From Candidatus Saganbacteria bacterium (lineage in GTDB: Bacteria; Margulisbacteria; WOR-1; JAKLHX01), in the NCBI GenBank assembly GCA_026387835.1, contig JAPLKZ010000009.1, positions 1 through 10,787 on the forward strand: a stretch of DNA of 10,787 bases. The letters run 5' to 3'. Positions within the stretch are counted from its first letter, which is position 1, and each line of letters opens with the position of its first letter. Below, piece by piece: positions 5,668-10,787 of the stretch. The notes below the pieces were generated by a model. That model did no database searches, was not told the origin of the DNA, and saw only the letters and a program-made list of their open reading frames with translations. The translations under genes and the position numbers were made by a program.

Positions 5668-6579
5668 ATGAGAGGAACTCTCTCCCCGATACTCAGCCAT
5701 CTCGTAAAAACGACCATCTCAGCCGTGGGAGAAAAGGAAAAGCTTAACCGTTTTATCAACAAATACCGCAAGATGCTGAGGTATGTGGAGGGCGGCATAA
5801 ATATATCTGAGATAAGGTTCGGTCTTGCCGATCTCCTGATAACAAGGGACGATCAGAGCGACTGGTCGGAAGCAAAGACCCATTATGATTTTGTCCTTGA
5901 ACACGCTCCTTACGGATACTTAAGGTTCGCGGCGATGATAGGAAAGGCCGAACTTGCCATAAGGGCTTCGCAAAATAAAGAACTCGATTCCGCGATAGAG
6001 CTTGCACAGAGATCGCTTAAAAATCTTAATTCTCTGGTCGGGCCGAGCGATTTTTACAGCACAAAATGCCTCGTGGTGGAAGCGGAGCTCCTGATAAAAC
6101 GGGGGGCGGAACGCGACAAGACAAACGCGAAAAAACTTTTCGAAAAAGCTTACAATGACTCCATGGCCGACCATTATTTCAGGGGCAGGGCGATCGTAGG
6201 GCGGTCCGAGATCATGCTGTATGAAAAGAAAAAAGATGTCAACAAGGAGATACAGCTCTGCCATGATGCCATCGACCTTCTCGAGGAAAAATCCGATGAT
6301 TATTTTGCCATCAAGGCAAAATTGCTGCAGGGGGAATTCATAGCTCAGAGGATGGCGCATTATGATAAATCCCGCGCGACCGGGATATTCATGGGTATAA
6401 TCGGTAACAAGAACGCCGATGCCGACCTTGTATGCAGGGCAAAACTCAATCTCGCAGAAATAAGCGACAGGGCCAAGGCTCTCAAGCTAATCAAAGAGGT
6501 CCTGTCGGTAAAACCTCTCGACCCGTACCTTTCATCCCGCGCGAAGTCCCTAGGAAAGGCCGTCAAGGCAAAAAAATAA
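5668..6579 (+). CDS. Hypothetical protein, all-alpha TPR-like helical repeat, no signal peptide or TM segment
   Basis: 303 aa. The ORF is long and has its own promoter and RBS. It contains repeated A...Y..vL...P-type helical-hairpin patterns (e.g. SEAKTHYDFVLEHAP, AKKLFEKAYNDS, RAKALKLIKEVLSVKPLDP). I recognise no family or catalytic motif. The stop codon lies 1 nt before the leuC ATG. Confidence 0.6.
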   Translation: MRGTLSPILSHLVKTTISAVGEKEKLNRFINKYRKMLRYVEGGINISEIRFGLADLLITRDDQSDWSEAKTHYDFVLEHAPYGYLRFAAMIGKAELAIRASQNKELDSAIELAQRSLKNLNSLVGPSDFYSTKCLVVEAELLIKRGAERDKTNAKKLFEKAYNDSMADHYFRGRAIVGRSEIMLYEKKKDVNKEIQLCHDAIDLLEEKSDDYFAIKAKLLQGEFIAQRMAHYDKSRATGIFMGIIGNKNADADLVCRAKLNLAEISDRAKALKLIKEVLSVKPLDPYLSSRAKSLGKAVKAKK

Positions 6580-6580
6580 A

Positions 6581-7834
6581 ATGGGGAAGACCATAGCGGA
6601 AAAGATACTGTCCTCTCACAGCAAAAGCGATTCGCGTGCCGGAGACATAGTAATCGCCGATCTAGATTTCATGATCGGCCAGGACGGCACTTCGGGCATC
6701 GCGATAGACGTCTTCAGGAAAATGGAAGCGAAGAAGGTCTTTGATCCCGCAAAGATCGCGATAATCATAGACCACAGCTCCCCTTCCCCGAACGAAGGAG
6801 TATCTGCGATACACAAAAAGATCCGCGAGTTCGCCGGGGAACAGGGGATCCATCTTTATGATATCGGCTGCGGTGTCTGCCACCAGATAACTCCCGAAAT
6901 GGGATTTGTCGTGCCGGGTGACCTTGTGATAGGAGCGGATTCTCACACCTGCACATACGGCGCGATAAACGTTTTTTCGACTGGCATAGGATCCACGGAC
7001 CTTGCCGCGGGGATGATATCCGGAAAATTATGGTTCAAGGTCCCCGAAACGATAAAGTTTGTCGTGAACGGAAAAATGCCGAAGGGCGTCTATTCAAAAG
7101 ACCTTATCCTTAAGGTGATCGGCGACACCGGCGCCGGCGGCGCGACATATGACTCGGCCGAATTCACGGGAGAAGCGATAGGCCGCCTTTCCGTCGACGC
7201 GCGCTTCACGATCTCGAATATGGCGATCGAGATGGGGGCCAAAGCCGGACTTATGAATGCCGACAGTAAGACCTTAGAATGGATCAAAAAACATTCAAAG
7301 AAAAGACCGTTCCCTGTGGAATCCGATAAAGATGCCGTGTTTAAAAAGATCATCGAGATCGACGCGTCATCACTGGTCCCGTCGGTAGCAAAGCCTCATA
7401 CTGTCGATAATTACTCCTCTGTCGAGGATGTTGAGGGCACGCCCGTGCAGCAGGCTGTCATCGGAACATGCACTAACGGAAGGCTTGAAGACCTAAGTAT
7501 CGCCGCAAGTATCCTGAAAGGAAAAAAGATCAATAAAGACTGCAGGATGATAATCGCCCCCGCATCAAAGTCGATATTTCTGGAAGCGATGAAGAAAGGG
7601 ATCGTTGAGGCCCTGATCGATGCCGGAGCCGTTTTTGTCACGCCAGGATGCGGCCCTTGCGTCGGCACCCACAACGGCGTGCCGTCGGACGGGGAAAAAG
7701 TGATCTCGACGGCCAACAGGAATTTTAAAGGCAGGATGGGCAATACAAAAGCCGAGATATTCCTCGCTTCTCCCGCGACAGTGGCCGCTTCGGCGCTGGA
7801 AGGAAAAATAACCGACCCGAGAAAATATCTTTGA
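6581..7834 (+). CDS. leuC: 3-isopropylmalate dehydratase (or homoaconitase-type) large subunit, short archaeal-type aconitase-family protein
   Basis: 417 aa. The N-terminus is MGKTIAEKIL. Aconitase-family blocks are present (DHSSPSP, GADSHTCTYGA), as are the Fe-S cysteine motifs IGTCTNGR and GCGPCVG. I cannot discriminate isopropylmalate, homoaconitate and citramalate specificity by eye. Confidence 0.88.
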   Translation: MGKTIAEKILSSHSKSDSRAGDIVIADLDFMIGQDGTSGIAIDVFRKMEAKKVFDPAKIAIIIDHSSPSPNEGVSAIHKKIREFAGEQGIHLYDIGCGVCHQITPEMGFVVPGDLVIGADSHTCTYGAINVFSTGIGSTDLAAGMISGKLWFKVPETIKFVVNGKMPKGVYSKDLILKVIGDTGAGGATYDSAEFTGEAIGRLSVDARFTISNMAIEMGAKAGLMNADSKTLEWIKKHSKKRPFPVESDKDAVFKKIIEIDASSLVPSVAKPHTVDNYSSVEDVEGTPVQQAVIGTCTNGRLEDLSIAASILKGKKINKDCRMIIAPASKSIFLEAMKKGIVEALIDAGAVFVTPGCGPCVGTHNGVPSDGEKVISTANRNFKGRMGNTKAEIFLASPATVAASALEGKITDPRKYL

Positions 7835-8157
7835 TGCTGTTGAACAGGACTTTTTGGGCGCTCGTGGCGATCTTTTTATCATGTATCGTGATATTTATTT
7901 TCGTCCTGCCGCCTGCCGGTCCTGATGAAGCGATTGATCAACAAGCGGGATACAAGACTTATGCAAAAGAAATATCCGGTTCGTGGGACAATATCACGTC
8001 AAAGTACGGCATCCCCGGATCTTTGGATGTAGATCTTTTTATCCCCGCGATCGTGGGTTTTGCGGGTATAGGAATGGTGTTGGGAACGGATATTTGGATG
8101 AGGAGGAGGAACAAAGATGCTATTAAAAGGTTTTTCTCACACTTTAAAAATAAGTGA
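7834..8157 (+). CDS. Small predicted membrane protein (2 TM) encoded between leuC and leuD
   Basis: 107 aa from ATG 7834, which overlaps the leuC stop as TGATG (the ORF track starts it at TTG 7831). It has two hydrophobic spans, FWALVAIFLSCIVIFIFVL and LFIPAIVGFAGIGMVLGTDIW, then a basic tail [19 protein letters not shown]. The ORF exactly fills the otherwise unexplained 282-bp leuC-leuD spacer and overlaps leuD by 41 nt. I recognise no homology. Confidence 0.5.
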   Translation: MLLNRTFWALVAIFLSCIVIFIFVLPPAGPDEAIDQQAGYKTYAKEISGSWDNITSKYGIPGSLDVDLFIPAIVGFAGIGMVLGTDIWMRRRNKDAIKRFFSHFKNK

Positions 8158-8620
8158 TGATATAAACACGGATTACATAATCTCCGGCCGCTACAAGTTC
8201 AAGATACAGGACCCGGACGAGCTTGCCAAACATATCATGGAAGACATCGACCCCGATTTTTACGGCAAGATCAAGTCTGGGGATTTTATAGTTGCCGGAA
8301 AGAATTTCGGATGCGGCTCTTCGCGCGAGCAGGCCCCGATGGCGATCAAGCACGCGGGAATAAGTGCTGTCATCGCAAGATCTTTCGCCAGGATATTTTA
8401 CAGGAACTGCTTCAATCTCGGCCTGCCTTTGATAGAATGCGACACATCAGGCATATCAGAAAAGGACGAACTCGAGATCGACATGGATAACGGCGTGTTA
8501 AAGGACCTGACAAAAGGAATAAATATTAAAATAAAACCTTTTCCAAAAACAATGCAGACTTTGCTTGCTGACGGAGGGCTTGTCAGACATTTTAAAAAAC
8601 ACGGCGGTTTCGGATTATAA
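8117..8620 (+). CDS. leuD: 3-isopropylmalate dehydratase (or homoaconitase-type) small subunit, archaeal-type
   Basis: 167 aa. Contains [44 protein letters not shown] and LLADGGL. A strong SD (GGAGGAGGA) ends 6 nt before the ATG. An in-frame TGA 15 nt upstream excludes an earlier start. Confidence 0.9.
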   Translation: MLLKGFSHTLKISDDINTDYIISGRYKFKIQDPDELAKHIMEDIDPDFYGKIKSGDFIVAGKNFGCGSSREQAPMAIKHAGISAVIARSFARIFYRNCFNLGLPLIECDTSGISEKDELEIDMDNGVLKDLTKGINIKIKPFPKTMQTLLADGGLVRHFKKHGGFGL

Positions 8621-8629
8621 GGAGGTCTT

Positions 8630-9064
8630 ATGAACGAACTTACTATCTGCATCCAGCTTCTTGTTTCAATGGTCCTCGGAGGAGCGATAGGGATAATAAG
8701 AGAAAGGGATAAAAAAGCGGCCGGTTTAAGGACTCACATCCTTGTCTCGGTCGGCTCGACCCTCTTAATGCAGCTTTCCGTTTATATGGCTTTCAAATAC
8801 ACGGGATCCGATGCCGGAAGGATAGCCGCACAGGTGGTTACCGGTATAGGTTTCATCGGCGCCGGAACAATAATGCAGGACAAGGGCTTGATCAGGGGCC
8901 TTACTACCGCGGCTTCGATATGGGTAGCTTCGGCGATCGGGCTTGCTGTCGGATGCGGCTTTTACTTGGGTGCCATTTTTGCTACTTTGATCTCGCTGGT
9001 CGCGATCGAGCTTTTCAGGGACATCGAAAAGAAATATATCCGCAAGGACGGTCAGGAAAACTGA
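8630..9064 (+). CDS. MgtC/SapB-family membrane protein (membrane domain only)
   Basis: 144 aa. Family blocks are present: GLRTHILVSVGSTLLM, AAQVVTGIGFIGAGTI and GLTTAASIWVASAIGLAVGCGFY. It lacks the longer C-terminal soluble domain found in MgtC proper. The SD is AAGGAGGT. Confidence 0.8.
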   Translation: MNELTICIQLLVSMVLGGAIGIIRERDKKAAGLRTHILVSVGSTLLMQLSVYMAFKYTGSDAGRIAAQVVTGIGFIGAGTIMQDKGLIRGLTTAASIWVASAIGLAVGCGFYLGAIFATLISLVAIELFRDIEKKYIRKDGQEN

Positions 9065-9070
9065 TATAAT
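9062..9070 (+). promoter_or_regulatory. Extended -10 element (TGaTATAAT) upstream of the Zn-peptidase gene
   Basis: cTGaTATAAT is a perfect TGnTATAAT, with TATAAT at 9065-9070. The TG belongs to the mgtC-like stop codon. The predicted TSS is around 9077, just at the GGAGGTG SD (9077-9083) before ATG 9088. No convincing -35 is present. Confidence 0.4.
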
Positions 9071-9087
9071 ATCTCCGGAGGTGCCGC

Positions 9088-9768
9088 ATGTTTTTTGACT
9101 GGACTTTTATTCTTCTTATACCGGCCATGCTACTTGCCGTTTATGCCCGGTTCAAGGTCAGCTCGACATATGAAAAGTTCTCGAAGGTCAAGACATCGGC
9201 AGGCATTCCCGGGTCCCAGCTTGCGAGGAACCTGCTGGACAGGAACGGGCTCGGCAACATTGCCGTCGAACAGGTACCCGGCGAACTCACCGATAATTAT
9301 GACCCGAGGGATAAAAAGCTCAGGCTCTCAAGCGGAGTGTACAACAGCTCTTCTGTAGCCGCGTTCGGCATAGTGGCTCACGAGACCGGGCACGCGGTCC
9401 AGGATATAAAGGCGTACTTCCCTCTTAAATTCAGATCGAGCATAGTCCCTGTTTCCAACATCGGGTCCCAGCTGTCCATACCGCTTTTTTTTGCGGGGCT
9501 TATTTTCAGCTACGGGCCGCTTATGGATGCCGGAATAATTCTTTTCTCATTCGCCGTATTTTTCACTCTGGTAACTCTTCCGGTAGAATTTAACGCGAGC
9601 AGCAGAGCGATGCAGATGCTTTCTTCCAGCGGTTACGCATCCGAACAAGAGCTCGGCATGGCAAAAAAGGTGCTTGATGCCGCGGCCCTTACATATGTGG
9701 CCGCGACCGCGATGGCGGTGATGCAGCTTTTGCGGCTGATAGCTCTTCGCGGCTCGAGAGATGACTAA
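9088..9768 (+). CDS. Putative neutral zinc metallopeptidase, YugP-like (PF04298-type), membrane-associated
   Basis: 226 aa. Has an N-terminal TM segment (FILLIPAMLLAVYA), an HExxH motif (VAHETGHAVQ), the conserved block LTDNYDPRDKKLRLS and C-terminal hydrophobic helices. The overall pattern matches my recollection of B. subtilis YugP. Confidence 0.75.
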   Translation: MFFDWTFILLIPAMLLAVYARFKVSSTYEKFSKVKTSAGIPGSQLARNLLDRNGLGNIAVEQVPGELTDNYDPRDKKLRLSSGVYNSSSVAAFGIVAHETGHAVQDIKAYFPLKFRSSIVPVSNIGSQLSIPLFFAGLIFSYGPLMDAGIILFSFAVFFTLVTLPVEFNASSRAMQMLSSSGYASEQELGMAKKVLDAAALTYVAATAMAVMQLLRLIALRGSRDD

Positions 9769-10645
9769 GACATTAATTTTATTCGGGCCTACCGCATCGG
9801 GAAAAACAGACCTCTCTATCGAGCTCGCAAGGCATCTTGACGGTGAAATAATTTCCGCCGATTCAATGCAGGTCTACCGCTACATGGACATCGGCACGGC
9901 AAAAGCTTCGAAAGAACAGAGAGGCCTTATCCCGCATCATCTTATTGATATTGTAGATCCTGACGAAGAATGGACCGTTTCAAGCTTTATCGATTCGGCA
10001 AAACAAAGTATCGGGGAGATCGTCAAAAGAAAGAAACAGCCCGTAATGGTCGGGGGGACCGGATTATATCTGAACGCATTCATAAACGGCTACTCCTTCC
10101 CTATCGCCGCCAAGGACGACGGCATCAGAAAAAAACTTTCATCCTGTGATACCGCGGTATTATATGAAAGGCTAAAGACCATAGACCCCAGATCCGCGGA
10201 AAAGATAAATGCTAACGATAAAAAACGCATCATAAGAGCGCTTGAGGTGTATGAACAGACCGGCAGGCCTATATCGGAGCTTCAGAAAAAGGACAGGGAT
10301 AAAGACCTTAAGTTGTTCTGCCTGGATGCGGACAGGGAAGTTCTTTACATGAGGATAGGCAACAGAGTCGACGATATGATAAAAAAAGGCCTTGAGGATG
10401 AGGTCTATCGGCTGCTTAAAAAAGGCTACTCAAAAGACCTTGTATCCATGCAGGCTTTGGGCTACAAAGAGATGGCTGACCATATCGAGGGAAAAAGAGA
10501 TCTGGCGGACACGGTCTCCCTGATCAAGCAGAGGACAAGGAACTTTGCCAGGAGACAGCTGACCTGGTTCAGGAGATTTGAAGATGTGATCAGGATAAAC
10601 ATCTCTTCCAAGAAACAGGCTTTAGAGATACTGTCACTTATCTGA
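9761..10645 (+). CDS. miaA: tRNA dimethylallyltransferase
   Basis: 294 aa. Contains the P-loop LFGPTASGKT, plus ISADSMQVYRYMDIGTAK, HHLIDI, VGGTGLY and RQLTWFR. It overlaps the preceding gene by 8 nt. Confidence 0.92.
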   Translation: MTKTLILFGPTASGKTDLSIELARHLDGEIISADSMQVYRYMDIGTAKASKEQRGLIPHHLIDIVDPDEEWTVSSFIDSAKQSIGEIVKRKKQPVMVGGTGLYLNAFINGYSFPIAAKDDGIRKKLSSCDTAVLYERLKTIDPRSAEKINANDKKRIIRALEVYEQTGRPISELQKKDRDKDLKLFCLDADREVLYMRIGNRVDDMIKKGLEDEVYRLLKKGYSKDLVSMQALGYKEMADHIEGKRDLADTVSLIKQRTRNFARRQLTWFRRFEDVIRINISSKKQALEILSLI

Positions 10646-10648
10646 TCC

Positions 10649-10787
10649 TCACCACGCATCAAGCCTGAGCAGGCCGTCGATCTCTGCCGCGACATCCCTG
10701 ACCCTGGCCAGCATATAGCAGAACTGCGCGCGTGTAAGCGGCTTGTCAGGCTCGAAATTGTTCCCCTTGATATAGTCCAGCAGACCC
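10649..10787 (-). CDS. C-terminal end of an SLH (S-layer homology)-like domain protein; the CDS starts beyond the right window edge
   Basis: Not in the ORF track. Hand translation of the minus strand gives ...GLLDYIKGNNFEPDKPLTRAQFCYMLARVRDVAAEIDGLLRLDAW*. The pattern G..G.nFePdkplTRAqf..mLaR resembles the SLH consensus (G..dGtFrPn.piTRaEfa.ml.R). The stop codon (10651->10649) lies 3 nt from the miaA stop. Confidence 0.5.
   Translation of the reverse strand, partial: GLLDYIKGNNFEPDKPLTRAQFCYMLARVRDVAAEIDGLLRLDAW

Noticed and set aside
5678-5688. The 11-mer CTCTCCCCGAT is shared between hairpin H2 (3397-3407) and the first codons of the 5668 gene, which might indicate a second copy of the repeat.
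   Set aside because: The match does not extend beyond 11 nt. Dozens of 11-mer coincidences are expected by chance within a 10.8-kb window counting both strands.
5602-5700. 33-codon N-terminal extension of rnc (MAEYRGESSSHEVFLSGLFALIIYSTYCKIYCQ) as drawn in the ORF track.
   Set aside because: It is encoded by the AT-rich divergent promoter region and overlaps the start of the 5668 gene. It has no RBS at 5700. The internal Met gives the canonical RNase III N-terminal spacing.
1-10787. I scanned for CRISPR repeats, tRNA/rRNA/tmRNA/SRP-like sequences, IS or integrase genes, TA pairs, and in-frame stop codons suggesting an alternative genetic code.
   Set aside because: None was found. All conserved proteins have normal lengths with TGA, TAA and TAG as stops, and the only intergenic region over 100 bp is the palindromic element described above.

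Overview
This is a dense, mostly housekeeping chromosomal segment that reads cleanly in the standard bacterial code. The secretin and the SLH-type C-terminus suggest a diderm bacterium. I support 14 complete CDSs and 2 edge-truncated CDSs. Order, left to right: FGE-sulfatase-domain protein (-, partial, missing from the ORF track) <> pyrE-hisB (+, coupled by TGATG) >< Zn-ribbon/TPM protein <- lipoprotein secretin (-) <- 238-bp structured intergenic region <- pyrC <- rnc (-) <> helical-repeat hypothetical -> leuC -> 107-aa membrane smORF -> leuD -> mgtC-like -> YugP-like Zn peptidase -> miaA (+) >< SLH-like C-terminus (-, partial). I saw no rRNA, tRNA, CRISPR array, transposase, integrase, toxin-antitoxin pair or recognisable defence gene. 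I cannot point to a convincing new multi-gene system. The items most worth a second look are: (1) a 188-bp GC-rich composite palindromic element (3342-3529) with ~20-nt imperfect terminal inverted repeats and four hairpins, lying downstream of rnc-pyrC and upstream of the secretin; (2) a minimal orphan lipoprotein secretin followed by a Zn-ribbon/TPM protein; (3) a two-TM small ORF wedged between leuC and leuD, whose RRR codons double as the leuD Shine-Dalgarno; (4) interdigitated divergent promoters at 5602-5640, with several SD-less, apparently near-leaderless first genes; (5) an uncharacterised helical-repeat protein heading the leuCD operon. All functional calls rest on motif recognition by eye and no searches were run.
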